DNA of 64,000 nucleotides from Octopus vulgaris. Lineage: Eukaryota. Where the stretch lies: assembly GCA_951406725.2 (NCBI GenBank), contig OX597830.1, forward strand, positions 7,502,001-7,566,000. The letters are read 5' to 3'. The notes under the pieces are model-generated. The model saw only the letters and a list, made by a program, of their open reading frames with translations, did not search any database and had not been told where the DNA came from. A program made the position numbers and the translations under genes. Below, one piece after another: positions 40,681 through 55,612 of this stretch; the stretch's first letter is position 1, and the number at the start of each line of letters is the position of its first letter.

Positions 40681-40685
<5 letters not shown>
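40520..40685 (+). mobile_element. Family P1 PLE-like 3' end with hammerhead-like motif at 40558-40593
   Basis: CTTT-CTGTTGA-A-GAGC-GTAG-GCTC-GAAA-CG-TT-AAAG, then CCTGAGCGTC; ends at (TA)n. Confidence 0.6.
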
Positions 40686-40739
<54 letters not shown>

Positions 40740-40745
<6 letters not shown>

Positions 40746-41092
40746 ATTAGGGCTTAGTAAAATAAATTACTTTGCCACATACTGAACTTGATAGAAATAG
40801 CAGCCAAAAAAAGGTTTTTTAGCTATTTCTACTACTTTAAGAAAATTTCTCGCAGATAATGTTTATATATTAGTAAACATTATCTGAGAGAAATTTTCTT
40901 TAAGTAGTAGAAATAGCTAAAAAAACCTTTTTTGGCTGCTATTTCTATCAAGTTCAGTATGTGGCAAAGTAATTTATTTTACTAAGCCCTAATTATATAA
41001 TGTAATATTTTGAATTCGCCTTAAATGGTCCTTTTACACACTGAATACTTGGTGAAATTGATTAATAACTAATTAATTTTACCCTCAATTGT

Positions 41093-41095
<3 letters not shown>
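40740..41095 (+). mobile_element. PLE-like 3' end (family P4) with a 126-bp inverted 5' segment forming a near-perfect palindrome; inside (TA)n
   Basis: Arms 40740-40865 and 40874-40999 with 8-nt spacer; 3' end AAATGGTCCTTTT...GAATACTTGGTGAAATTGATTAATAACTAATTAATTTTACCC shared with 50211-50278. Confidence 0.7.
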
Positions 41096-41151
<56 letters not shown>

Positions 41152-41856
41152 TACATATATATATAAGTATATATAAATACATATATGCTTATATATATAT
41201 ATACATACATATATAAGTATATATAAATAAATAAATATATATATATGTATCTATGAATCTATATATTTTTTTATTCCATTTGATTAATTTCCATTTACAC
41301 GAGGCGCCTCCTATGTTATTGATGTCCCCCGCACTTCCAAGTTGCCCCCCCCCCTGCCAACCATTCTCCACTCATTATACCGCCACAAAACAACTATCAC
41401 TACCAATGCCACCACCACCACCACTGCTACCACCACCGCTACCACCACCGCTACCACCACCATCGTTATCACTATCATCACCTTCAATATCATGCTACAG
41501 GACGGCGTCTATCACCACCTCCACCACTGACACCAACACCACCAACACCACTCCTACTAACAACAACAACAACAATTACGGCAACAGCAGTAGCAACAAC
41601 ATGAACATTCACAATTACAACTTATCAATTACTCTGTTATTTTCCTCCGAAAACCTCAAAGCATAAAAACAAAACACATTTTGAACGTGTTCCACAGAAA
41701 TTGGTTCTCCCTCTACCTTGTTCTCTGCCTTTCTCTTTCTTTCTCTCTATCCTATCTTTCTCTCTTTCTTTCTTTCTTCGCCTAATCACAATACATCCTT
41801 CTATCTTTCTAAGTCGCATACATCTCCCCCGCACCTCAGAGCTCTTTCCTTCACCG

Positions 41857-41930
<74 letters not shown>

Positions 41931-42656
41931 CTCTCCCTCTCTCTCTCTCTCTTTCTCTCTCTTTCTTTCTCTCTCAGCCATTTTACTTTCCATTGATATC
42001 ACGCCATATTTGACCAGCCTGAATTCCAATCCCCCCCTATTTACAAACAGTTGTAATTATCGTCACCAATCAACAAGATCTTGCCCTAATTAATGAACGG
42101 TCCATTTATTATACTGTTCAACCAATTAACTTTCACATTTTAGGGTAAAATCATAGCTGAATTGATCTTTTCCGAAACTATATCAAAACTAACAACAGCC
42201 GATGTACTGTCGCCATCTTGACTTAATTCAGAAACAGATGAAAAAGAAACAGGATCTGAGGGAGGCCAATTATGTCCTTTTTACGTGGGCACGATGACTA
42301 ACTTTTCATGTCAGAAACATGAGCAAGAGTCGCTCATGAGTGTCCTACATGTTTTGACTTGATAAAGCTAATGTCTGTCGTTGGCCTTGAGCCAACGATG
42401 TGGTGTTCTATGTGGTTGATCACTTAAATAGAGGAAGGACAACTTTAAGTGTGTCGTCCTCAAAAACGCCTGCAATCGATGAAATGGTCATTGGGTAGAG
42501 GGCATTTGTTAATAGGTTTACAGGCTCAATGAAGGCCTAAAATTGAACAAGCAAACAGAAGAAGAAGAAGAAGAAGAAGAAGAAGAAGAAGAAGACGAAG
42601 TAGAAGAGCAACAACAACAACAACAATAACAACAACAATGACGACGGCGACAACTA

Positions 42657-42717
<61 letters not shown>

Positions 42718-42718
42718 T

Positions 42719-42766
<48 letters not shown>

Positions 42767-43244
42767 CGATGACGATGATGATGATGACGACGACGATGAT
42801 GATGATGATATGTAGTTAAGACCCGGCACAGAGACGGTTTTATAATATTAATTTGATGAGATACACAGAAATATTAATCCTAGATAAGTCGATAGTTTTT
42901 CGTAGAGAAATTCGCCGAAGTCTTCCAACCTTCTGGCGAAATATTGTTATCATAAGGCAATAAAGAATTACATGGACTTCCCACTTATAAATACAATAAA
43001 AGGCCGGGTCTTTATAGGAAATTGAACATACGACTATTTTTGTTATTTCTTTGTTTAGCATCTACGAAGTGAAACAGCTTTAGTTGAAGTCTGTGAGGTG
43101 TGGCACAGCAAAATCTGGAAGCATTCTACTGTGTTTTCTTAGCTAAACAGAAAAGTTTCTTAGAGATTTATTTCAGAGATTAGTGTCCCCTTCTCTGAGC
43201 AAATGTGCCGCAATTCTTCGACTAAAAACCTTAATCGCTATATA

Positions 43245-43637
43245 TTTATTTCTTTATTGCCCACAGAGGGGTAAACATAAAGGGGACAAACAAGGGGATT
43301 AAGTCGATTACATCGACCCAAGTGCGTAACTGGTACTAATTTTAATTGACCCCGAAAGGATGAAAGGCAAAGTCAACCTCGGCGGAATTTGAACTCAGAC
43401 GAAATACCTATTTCTTTATTACCCACAAGGGGCTAAACACAGAGCGGACAAACAAGGACAGACATAGGTATTAAGTCGATTACATCGACCCCAGTGCGTA
43501 ACTGGTACTTAATTTATCGACCCCGAAAGGATGAAAGGCAAAGTCGACCTCGGCGGAATTTGAACTCACAACGTAACGCAGACGAAATACCGCTAAGCAT
43601 TTCGCCCGGCATGCTAACGATTCTGCCAGCTCGCCGC
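43245..43637 (-). mobile_element. SINE family B dimer
   Basis: Reverse complement: head, unit ending GTGGGTAATAAAGAAATA|GGTATTTCGTC, second unit. Confidence 0.85.
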
Positions 43638-44547
43638 ATTTATATATATTGCAATAGTTTATCAGAATTGCGACTCTGTATACTAGGACAATCTTTTATC
43701 CGCCGTTTATGTGGCTTTGTTGTGTATTGAGTAACCCGTTGTTTTCTTCTGAACAAACGAACCCATGAGAGTTTTTCTTCTTATCTTCTAAAATTGCTTC
43801 AGTTATATTCGCCTTTCCCGGGATGTTACTCTTTATTCCAATTACCCGACAGTTTATTAAATACGATTTCATCAGACAGAAAACAAGGTTATTTTGATAA
43901 GGAAGTTTCTTTCCAGATATTACGATCTACCTTAGTCTGGCTCTTCGACTCATAATGGGGTTGTTGGGACGCTGTGGTGACATTCGGCGTCTCTTAGGCA
44001 TTATTTTAGACCAGGTAGAACCCAGAAACAGAGAAATAAACAGAACGATAGAGAGGAGAAGATAGATTGATTGATAAACCGTAGGATCACTACTTTATTT
44101 ATCGATGCCAAAAGAGTGAAAGGAAAAGCTGGTCGCAGCTGGATTTGAAACCAGAGCACGGAGAGCAAAAGCAAATATTGCAAGGATAGTCTACCGAATC
44201 ACCCAGTTAATTAGATCAGTTAATTAAAATGCTCAGAAAATAGAGGTGATACAGACAGAAGTAGCTCTGGTTTAAAAGCCAACGGATGGCGTTCATTGAT
44301 GAAGTGGAACGAGGAACGGCTGATGCTAGAATTAATAACTCAAAGGACTAGGGTTCGATTCCTGATGACCACAACTTCATTCTGTTGAAACCGAGGTTCC
44401 CTTGTTACAATTGTTGTTGTTTAACCCACAAGTTAGCTTTGATTGAACACGAGTATGATCAAGAGCGTTCCAGCCGTGACACACACAATTTCCTGTTTCA
44501 GAGTAAATTATTTAATGTGGTGACCGTTTTTAAAATGTATCAAAGTA

Positions 44548-45212
44548 GCGAGTTGGCAGAAACGTTAGCACGCCGGGCGAAATGCTTAGAGGTATTTCGT
44601 CTGTCTTTACGTTCTGAGCTCAATTTCCACCAAGGTAGAATTTACGTTTCATCCTTTCGGGGTCGATAAATTAAGTACCAGTTACGCACTGGGGTCGATG
44701 TAATCGACTTAATCCCCTTGTCTGTCCTTGTTTGTTCTCTCTATGTTTAGCCCCCTGTAGGCAATAAAGAAATACGAAACCTTGGCACGCCCGTGCGAAA
44801 TGCGTAGCCGTATTTCGTCTGCCGTTAGGTTCTGAGTTCAAATTCCGCCGAGGTCGACTTTGCCTTTTATCATTTCGAGATCGATAATTTGAGTACCATT
44901 TGCATACTGTGGTCGATCTAATTGACTGGCCCCTCCCACCAAAATTCGAGCCTTGTGCCTAGAGTAGAAACATTATTTAAAAGGCGGCGAGCTGGCAGAA
45001 TCGGTAGCGCGTTGGACGAAATGCTTAGCGGTATTTTGCCCGTCGCTGGATTCTGAGTTCAAATTCCGACGAGGTCAACTTTGCCTCTCATCCTTTCAGG
45101 GTCGATAATTAAAGTACCAGTTTCACACTGGGGACAATGTAATCGACCTAATCCGTTTGTCTGTCCTTGTTTGTCCCCTCTATGTTTAGCCCCTTGCGGG
45201 CAATAAAGAAAT
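44548..45212 (+). mobile_element. Cluster of three SINE family B units
   Basis: Heads at ~44548 and ~44983; repeated core; both tail types present. Confidence 0.85.
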
Positions 45213-45260
45213 ATATAGTTATTTTTTTATTGTGAAACAAAGCGTTGCTGCTCCTGCTGC

Positions 45261-45620
45261 TAGTTAGTTAAATTTTTGGCTCAAAAAGCAAAAAGCAAGG
45301 CCATGTAGGGGGACATGGAGTTATGTACAGGGTGGTGTTCATGTAAAGAGTTCAGGCCAGTTGTGGTCAAGGGAGACTTTGAACCGAGCGGTCGTCGGCA
45401 TCTTCACCATCTCGTCTGGCAGCTTATTCCACGGATCCGCAACCCGGACGGAGAAAGCCCCTCTCCTTCGATTGAGATGAAATCGTTGCAGATAGAGCTT
45501 TTCGGAGTGACCCCGCCGCTGACGCTCTGGAGCAGGAGTGAAGAACAGCTCTTTCGAGAGGTTACACTTTCCGCTTATGATGTTGTGAGCAAGAATGAGA
45601 TCACCACGGCGTCGTCGTTG
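45261..45620 (-). mobile_element. CR1-group LINE 3' fragment (second family) with (TAAC)n tail
   Basis: RRRRGDLILAHNIISGKCNLSKELFF...RRGHSEKL...AFSVRVADPWNKLPDEMV...FKVSLD, a typical CR1 C-terminus. Confidence 0.85.
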
Positions 45621-46875
45621 ATGTTGTTTGTTGTCGTTGTCCTTGTGTTTACAGACTTTCCAGATTTTCTTGCTTTTTCCTTTGATTTCTTTATGAAGTG
45701 TTGTTGTTGCTGCTAGTGTTGCTAATGTTTATGATCCTGTTGCGTTACTGCTGTTACTGGTGCTGCTGCAGTCGTTGTTCTTATGGATGTTGTTACTGTC
45801 GCTAATATTTTTATTACTGCTGCTGTTGTTGTTATTGCTAACGTTGCTGTTGTTGTTGTTCCTTTTTGCTAATGCTGTTATTCCTGTTATTGGTGCCGCT
45901 GCTGTTGTTGCTGCAGTGTCTGCTGCATTTAATGCAGATGCCAATGTTGCTAACGTCGTTGTTGCTGCTGTTTTTGTGGCTCTGAACATTGCTAATGCTG
46001 TTGTTCTTCCTAAAATTACTACCGCTCAATATATTGCTGCTAATAATGCTAACGTTGTCATTACTGAAGCGTGTTATCAATACTGTTGCTAACACAAGTG
46101 CAATTGCCAAACCCATTCATATTATTGATAGCTGTTGCTAATTCTGTTGCGATTCCTATTTCTGCTGGCGTTGTTCGACTTCATAGGCTTATCTTGTCTA
46201 CAACTCTATATGTAATGTTAACATTTCTCTTGTTGCTATTGTTTATGTTGCTAATATTATAATATAATATTCGTCCGTCGTTGTCGACGATGACCAAATA
46301 TTATTGTTTTTCGTGATTATCATTGTTATTTTTCTTGTTTTTACTGTAGTATTTTTCTTTTTGTTCTTGTTTACATTGCTGTTATTAATAGTGATGGTCG
46401 TTGCTGTGGTGGCGATTGTAGTGGTGGTGGTGGTGGTGACAGTGATAGTGTAGCGGTGCTGGTATCAGTGGCATTGGTGCTAGTTGTTGTAGTGGTGATG
46501 GTGGTGATGGTAGGAAGAGTAGTGTCAATAGTAGTAGTAGTAGTAGTAGTATGGTGTTGCTGTCAAGTTTGTTGTAGCTGTTGTTGTTGATGTTGCTATT
46601 GCTGTTGTTGAGCCGGCGTCATATACCCTACCCCCGCCCGTCCCCACACCGCCGCCGCCGCCACTGCTTCTGTGTCTCCTACTCCACCACTTCCCACCAC
46701 CACCACCACCACCATCACCGCCACCACCCCTCCCGCTCTCTCAATCCCTCCCCCAACCCTCCCCCCTTCTTCCAAGTACTTTCACTAAAAGTCGGCTGGC
46801 ATCACATAATTGCTCTATAATTATCTGTCTTTCATTCCATTTCTTTTCAACTCTTTTTACTCACTCACACACCTA

Positions 46876-46916
<41 letters not shown>

Positions 46917-47354
46917 ATACTCAGTCTCGAGCCAACTCCGTTACTCCACAGATCCTCACTCCACACCACCCCCACTCACCGTCACTTACCTCCATACCAC
47001 TCAACCATTCAACTTCACTCAACTTAATACACTTAGATTTTTTCTTTATGTGGAGGTGAGTGGCCTAGTGGTGAAGAAGTTTGACTCACGGCCATGAGAT
47101 CACGAGTTCAATTTCTGAGCGGAGCAACGTGTAATGTCCTTGAAGTAGGCATTTCGTTTCAGGTTGAACCAGTTTACTCTGCTGCAAACCGTATCCAAAA
47201 TCTTCACCGTAATCGTTTTTGCCGTGGAAAGATACACTGGAAGAAATTTCGCCATATAGGAATCTTCACAACAATACAAATTCGCCGCATGGACAATGGC
47301 AAAGAGTATTATATCAGAAATCTTAAAATAAAAGAAAAAAAGCGAGAATATTCT

Positions 47355-47553
47355 TTTATTCTTTCATTTATTTCAGTCATTTGACTGCGGCCATGCTGGA
47401 GCACCGCCTTTAGTCGAACAAATCGACCCCAGGACTTATTCTATTGGTTCCTTTTTGCCGAACCTCTAAGTTACAGGGACGTAAACACACCAGCATCGGT
47501 TGTCAAGCGATGATGCAGGAACAAACACAGACATACAAACACTCATACACACA

Positions 47554-47625
<72 letters not shown>

Positions 47626-47782
47626 CGACAGGCTTTTTTCAGTTTCCGTCTACCAAATCCACTCACAAGGCTTTGGTCGGCCCGAGGCTATAGTAGAAGA
47701 CACTTGGCCAAGGTGCCACGCAGTGGGACTGAGCCGGAATCATGGGGTTTGTAAGCAAGCTACTTACCACACAGCCACTCCT
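47355..47782 (-). mobile_element. SINE family A, full length
   Basis: TTTCAGTCATTTGACTGCGGCCATGCTGGAGCACCGCC tail through CTTACCACACAGCCACTCC head. Confidence 0.88.
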
Positions 47783-47786
47783 TGCG

Positions 47787-47926
47787 TTAGCAACAAGTAT
47801 TGATGACACGCTTCGGTAATGACAACGTTAGCATTATTAGTAGCAATATATTGAGCGGTAGTAATGTTAGGAAGAACAGCAGCATTAGCAATGTTCGGAG
47901 CCACAAAAACAGCATCGACAACGACG
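47787..47926 (-). repeat. Inverted ~140-bp copy of 45954-46092
   Basis: TTAGCAACAAGTATTGATGACACGCTTC...CACAAAAACAGCA is the reverse complement of TGCTGTTTTTGTGGCTCTGAACATTGC...GAAGCGTGTTATCAATACTGTTGCTAA. Confidence 0.85.
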
Positions 47927-47927
47927 C

Positions 47928-48085
47928 ATGGACAGAGTCTCTGAGGAAGAAGTAATGAACTGGGCTGCAGTAAATAGAAAACAGCTTCGTGAGATAAGCG
48001 CTAAGCAACTGAGATTTTTGGGTCATGTGATGAGGAAAGAGGGCCTGAACAAGTTAGCGATGATTGGAAAGAAAGAAGAAAGATT
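47928..48085 (+). pseudogene. RTE-clade LINE C-terminal fragment
   Basis: DRVSEEEVMNWAAVNRKQLREISAKQLRFLGHVMRKEGLNKLAMIGK resembles RTE/BovB motifs (V.NEEV...RQLRFFGHVMR). Confidence 0.75.
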
Positions 48086-48148
48086 CCAACTTTGTGATGT
48101 ATTCCTTGTGAATATCAAAAGCCTGTTAGTCAGGGAAAAGTTATTTGT

Positions 48149-48326
48149 AGGCTTAGGAGTGGCTGTGTGGTAAGTTGCTTGCTTACCAACCACATGGTTC
48201 CGGGTTCAGTCCCACTGCGTGGCACCTTGGGCAAGTGTCTTCTACTGTAACCTCGGGCCGACCAAAGCCTTGTGAGTGGATTTGGTGGACGGAAACTGAA
48301 AGAAGTCCGCTATATATATGTGTGTG

Positions 48327-48357
<31 letters not shown>

Positions 48358-48583
48358 GTGTGTATATGTTTTTGTGTGTCTGTGTTTGTCCCCTCCAACA
48401 TCGCTTGACAACCGATGCTGGTGTGTTTACGACCCCGTAACCTAGCGGTTCGGCAAAAAGGAACCGATAGAATAAGCACTAGGCTTACAAAGAATAAGTC
48501 CTGGGGTCGATTTGCTCGACTAAAGGCGGTGCTCCTGCATGGCCACAGTCAAATGACTGAAACAAGTAAGAGAGTAAAAGAGT
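48149..48583 (+). mobile_element. SINE family A, full length
   Basis: Head, CORE-like block, central microsatellite, tail GGCGGTGCTCCTGCATGGCCACAGTCAAATGACTGAAACAAGTAAGAGAGTAAAAGAG. Confidence 0.9.
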
Positions 48584-48995
48584 AATAACATGGCGACTAT
48601 AAGCTAAGAATTTGATGCATCTTTTAATCTGGCAGAAAAAGTAAACCGAGATAAATATGGTCACAACGTGTTGCACTGGCAAATAATGGAACCTGCAATA
48701 TTATGACCGTCGGCTGTAAAGCGGAGTAGCCATTAAAACATACTCCTTCACGAGAATATATCAGTTGCAAATAATGAACGAAATATTACTCTTTTAAGTA
48801 TCAAATTTCCCGAAATATAGAAAACTCCCAATACATTGAGACTGGGAAAATAAATTCCTCGTTAATTGCCTCGCATTTTAAATTCGTTTATATTTATCTT
48901 CATTAAAATATTCTTACATTTGTCCAGTAATGTTTTACCTAGCCGACATTTCTAAGATACTGTTGTATCGCACGTTCGATGTACGATATAACGGG

Positions 48996-49521
<526 letters not shown>

Positions 49522-49699
49522 TGCGTATGTTCATTTATATTGTGGCACAGTCCATTAGGAGCCAACCAATAGGGGTGTTCTACTTCCACACAACAGACAC
49601 TATCAATAATATTTTTGCGTAAGAATACTAAGTATGTTCCTTACAAAAGTATAAAAGAAACCCTCATAACACCCTATAATCTCTCAAGTACGCCATAAC

Positions 49700-49927
49700 C
49701 AGTACTTTGCCCAAAACTGAAAAAAAAAATCAACTGATTCATGTATGACAATTCTTCCGACCCCGTATTGAAGAAGTCGTTGACGCTAACGGTTGATTCA
49801 TTGAACAGGTGTGATAAAAGGGTTCTCAAGATTATTTCTACTAATTTGTTTTCAAATACATTTTTCTTTGATGACGACATACGTCTTTTTCTGAATTCAT
49901 ACAAATGACCTGCAAAACTGACACACC

Positions 49928-49930
<3 letters not shown>
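49700..49930 (+). mobile_element. Right end of a degenerate Tc1/mariner (maT/DD37D-like) element
   Basis: FRPRIEEVVDANG*FIE transposase-like C-terminus; terminus ACACACCCTG|TA. Confidence 0.6.
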
Positions 49931-49960
<30 letters not shown>

Positions 49961-49965
<5 letters not shown>

Positions 49966-50008
49966 CCTTAATTCCTTAAAAATGTTTTAGCCCGAAGGCC
50001 GCGGCCAT
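49961..50008 (-). mobile_element. ~48-bp extreme 3' end of the 16513-17875 CR1 family inside (TA)n
   Basis: TAAATCCTTAATTCCTTAAAAATGTTTTAGCCCGAAGGCCGCGGCCAT matches the reverse complement of 17828-17875; TA runs on both sides. Confidence 0.85.
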
Positions 50009-50021
50009 ATATATATATGTG

Positions 50022-50275
50022 TTATAATTATGAGTATAATTATGATTAGGGTCCAGCAAAAAAAAATTGGCTTCTCCACATACCGAACATTAGAAATAGC
50101 AGCCAAATAACGTAGCTATTTCTTCTACTATAAGAAGAAACTCCCTCCTTTTTTTGCTGAACCCTAATTATAATTATACTCATAATTATAAAAAATATTA
50201 AGTTTACCGAAAATGGTCCTTTTAACATGCCGAATACTACTTGGTGGAATTATTAATTATTAATTAATTTTACCT

Positions 50276-50280
<5 letters not shown>
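50022..50280 (+). mobile_element. Family P4 PLE-like 3' end with inverted 5' segment; inside (TA)n
   Basis: 50022-50064 is the reverse complement of 50149-50191; body homologous to 40740-41095. Confidence 0.65.
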
Positions 50281-50325
<45 letters not shown>

Positions 50326-50423
50326 TATATATAGATACATACATATATACATACATACATGCATACATACATACATACATACATACATACATACATACAT
50401 GCATACATACATACATACATACA

Positions 50424-50455
<32 letters not shown>

Positions 50456-51289
50456 CATGCGTTTGTATATATGAACATATTGCAGAAAACCTAAAAATGT
50501 TAGGATTTTCTATGAAAGTGGAAAAAGGAATCGACTCGTATCCTTCAACTCCAATCTATTAGGGGAAGAATGGTTGTTTCTAAGACATTCCAAAGGTTTT
50601 CCATCTGAGATTCTTTAAATTAATATCTGCAAGCACACGCGCACACGCACACACGCACGGACACCTAAGCACTAAAGCAACATGTTTCGGCCTAATACAT
50701 TTCATCGAATTGTGTGACGCTATAGCACAGTCTGACGAAGGCTACCAGGTTGAAACTTCAAACGAAGTAAACGAGGACAATATTTCGCAGTTATTACTGA
50801 GCAGCGGTTTCATGTACAAGGTCTCAAATTCGAAATAGCTAGCTAGAACTACATACAAGCAGTGTAAAATATTTTTTGTTGACGTGCAATATCTATGTCA
50901 GAAGTAGTTGAGCAATGCAGATATCATCAATATCGCATCTTTAATGCATGTTTTAAACACTAATCGCTGTGGTATTTGGTCTGAGATCCGTTTAAAGAAG
51001 TATAGGGTTAAGAAACACAGCAAATACCAAAGCTAAGCGAGTAAACAACAATGGCAAAGATCGATATTTCGTGGTTTTTGGCTGCTCATCAGTCTCGTGT
51101 ACTCACCTCGCTTCCAAAACGAATTCGAAATCAAACTAAAAATTTAATTGTTGATATACAAACATTCACACACACACACACGCGCGCACGCACACACACA
51201 TACACACACACACACAGATACACACACACGTACACACATACAAATACGCATGCGCCACAAAACTTCGTTAAAGTTTTATTGCACTGCAT

Positions 51290-51668
51290 CGTTCTGGGTT
51301 CAAATTCCGCCGAGGTTGACTTTGCCTTTCATCCATTGGGGGGTCAATAAATTAAATACCAGTTACGCACTGGGGTCGATGTAATCGACTTAATCCGTTT
51401 GTCTGTCCTTGCTTGTTCCCTCTGTGTTTAGCACCTTGTGTGTAGTAAAGAAATATATATCTTTATTGACCACAGGGGACAAACAAGGATAGACAAAGGG
51501 ATTAAATCGATTATATCGACGCCAGTGCGTAACTGGTACTTATTTAATCGACCCCGAAAAGATAAAAGGCAAAGTCGACCTCGGCGGAATTTGAACTCAG
51601 AACACAAAGACAGACGAAATGTCGTGAAGCATTTCGCTCGGTGTGCTAACGATTCTGCCAGCTCGCCA
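51290..51668. mobile_element. Tail-to-tail inverted pair of SINE family B copies (+ 51290-51455, - 51460-51668)
   Basis: Core in both orientations meeting at GTAAAGAAATATATATCTTTATTG. Confidence 0.85.
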
Positions 51669-52001
51669 CCCTCAAACTGCATCTCATATTATTACAATTA
51701 TTACTTCTAATACTACTACTATGCTATTACCAATGTTACTACTGTTTCTACTACTAATACTAATATTATTGCAACTACTGCTACAACTGCTACTGCTACT
51801 TGAACAATAAGGCCTACATAACGCTGTAGCTACAGAGAAATGTGTAACATTGTTTTGGAAGTAAATTAAACGATGGAGAAGAGTTCAATAAAAGAGCAAG
51901 AGAGAGGAAAAGAGAGAGAGAGAGAGCGGAGGGGGGGTAATTGAGGCAGACCCATAGATATATAGATAGATAGATATATAGATAGATAGATATAGATAGA
52001 T

Positions 52002-52068
<67 letters not shown>

Positions 52069-52093
52069 AATAGATAGATAGATAGACAGTTAG

Positions 52094-52146
<53 letters not shown>

Positions 52147-52757
52147 GTTTAGATGAAGAAAGAGGGATAAAGAGGTTGAGAAAGATAAGTAAAGATGTTG
52201 GAGAGACTGAGAAAGGATCAGAATGCGAGGACTGAAAAAAAATTCTTGTAAAATAAGGGAATTTAGGACATGAAGGTAATGGTTCGATGGTGAGACGAAA
52301 CCATCGCCTTACCACCAGCGGCCTCATCACCAATACCATCGCTGTCAGTACTACTACTACCACCACCACCACCGCCATTACCACCACTGCCGCCGCCGCC
52401 ACCACCACCACCACCACAAACGTCCTCATCATTGATGAAAAATGAAGAACACTGAGGTGGGAGATGTTATTTTGTTTAAATTACAGGAATGAAGTGGGGG
52501 AGGTGGGAGGTAGTGAAAAGAGAGAGACAGACTGAAGAAATGATAGGCTTTGAAGAGGGGATGGGGGAAGAGTAGGTGGGGAGAAAGAGAGAGAGAGAGA
52601 GGAGGGAGAGGGAGAGGAGAAAGAGAATGAGTGAGAAAGAATGAGAGTCGGTGCTGAAACGAAAGGAAAAGAAAAAAAGGATTTGAGAAAAAAAACTAGT
52701 TTAGATTTAATAATAATAATAATAATAATGATGATGATGATGATGATGATAAATAAA

Positions 52758-52881
<124 letters not shown>

Positions 52882-52895
52882 TAATAATAATAATA

Positions 52896-52933
<38 letters not shown>

Positions 52934-53030
52934 TAGAGTAAGAGAAGAGGGAAGGGAAAAACAAGAAAGAACAAAAGAAAGAAAGAAGAAAGAAAGAAGG
53001 AAAGAAAGAAGGGAAAAAAGAAAGAAAGAG

Positions 53031-53065
<35 letters not shown>

Positions 53066-53126
53066 AATAAAGGAGGAGAGAGAGGAAAGAAAGAAGGAAA
53101 AATGAAGGGAAAAAAGAAAGAAAGAG

Positions 53127-53161
<35 letters not shown>

Positions 53162-53165
53162 ACGA

Positions 53166-53212
<47 letters not shown>

Positions 53213-53845
53213 GAAAAAGAGACGGTGGAAACGAGATGATAGAAATAGTGAAGCGAAAAGTGAGTATGTGAAATAAAAAGTGAAAGAAAGGAAATGGGAA
53301 AGAGAGAAGAGAGAGGAGGGAGAGATGAAGAAAGATGGAGTGATGAAATAATGAGAAAGAGTGGTAGGGGAATGGAATGAAAAAATGAGTGTTTTTCAAT
53401 GAAAGGAGAATTAGTCTGAAAAAATGTGAAGGATGAAAGAAATGTAAAATTGGAAAGAACGAAAGAAAGAAAGAGGGAAGAAAACTTCTAATTTTGTGAA
53501 GAGTGAAATTAATAGAAAAACAATTACGAAGAAAAACAAATAAAAATAATAATAAATGTAAAAAAAGTATGGAAATGGGAAAAAATAATTGGTTTAAAAA
53601 AAGATAGAAAAAGAGAACTAGGGGTGAAGAATGAGTGAGAGTAAGGAGAAAAAAGATTTAGAAAGGAGAGTAAAAAGAAGAAATGTAAAGGAAAAAAATT
53701 AGGGAAAATGGAGAGGATGTGACGTTTGTTGTTTTCTGGTGTCTGACTATATATAAGAGTTGGCTTTGAATATCATAGCATAACAAACGTTCATTTGTTA
53801 CGATAAGGTTGTATTTTGGATATTATAGGATAACAAGAGGAGATC

Positions 53846-54200
53846 GCTTGCTTGCTTTGCTTGTTTCATGCTCTTGTTTGATGGTGCTGGAATTATCCCA
53901 GGCTGGTGGTCCCAGAGGCATCATCGTGCGTAGAGCCGACCCGGTCCACCATTGCTAGCGGTTCCATACCAGCACTTCTGCACCTCCAAGATGACGTCGA
54001 GTCGCCAGAGATCTTTCTTAATCACGTCCAGCCATCTGGTGCGAGACCTTCCACGGGGCCTCTTCCAGCTCGCAGCTATTGCGTCGAATGAGAGAAAGGA
54101 CCTGGTAGGATGATCCGGAAGGAGGCGGAAGACATATCCGCACCAGAGCATGCGACGATGGATAGCTACGGTGAGCAGCTATATGCTGCAGGCTGAAGCA
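53846..54200 (-). mobile_element. RTE-clade LINE 3' fragment with (GCAA)n tail
   Basis: LWCGYVFRLLPDHPTRSFLSF...WKRPRGRSRTRWLDVIKKDL. Confidence 0.8.
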
Positions 54201-54455
54201 GGAGCGAAGGCAGTTGCTTGTTTGAAACGTGGTGATACCTACCATCTGATGTTCTCAGTTTGTTATCATATAGGTAGATTTGTTTTCATAAATTTTCTAT
54301 TACATATTAGGTATCGGTCAACAAACGGAGATTTGTTATAACAAAGTTACGTCTTAGATATAGGATAACCAATTTAAACAACTTAGGACAAAGTTACATA
54401 TCTTACATATATATATACATATATATATATACACATATATGTATACATATCTTAC

Positions 54456-55293
<838 letters not shown>

Positions 55294-55336
55294 TATATAT
55301 GTGTATATGTGTATATGTGTATATATGTATATATTT

Positions 55337-55612
55337 GGAGGCACAATGGCCCAGTGGTTAGGGCAGCGGACTCTCGGTAGGATCGCGGTTTCGATTCCCA
55401 GACCGGGCATTGTGAGTGTTTATTGAGCGAAAACACCTAAAGCTTCACGAGGCTCCAGCAGGGGGTGGTGGCGATCCCTACTGTACTTTTTCGCCACAAC
55501 TTCCTCTCACTCAGCGGGGTGGCGTCATTTGAAGGCTAAAACAATGCAAAGCGCATTGTGACCAGCGATGTATAGCAACATCTGATAGCCTGGTCGGTCA
55601 CGGTGATCACGG

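Noticed and set aside
44362-44400. CTGATGA...GAAACCGAGGTT hammerhead-like string
   Set aside because: No stem I adjacent to the core and stem II offset; CTG overlaps a tRNA-type B-box (GGTTCGATTCC), so probably chance
50676-50760. Two divergent hammerhead-like strings (CTGACGA..GAAAC on +; TCGATGA..GCCGAAACATGTT on -)
   Set aside because: Stems I and II do not pair convincingly; at most eroded remnants
55337-55410. tRNA-like sequences with A and B boxes (also 28720-28790 and the SINE A/B heads)
   Set aside because: No complete cloverleaf; they continue into SINE bodies, so they are SINE heads rather than tRNA genes
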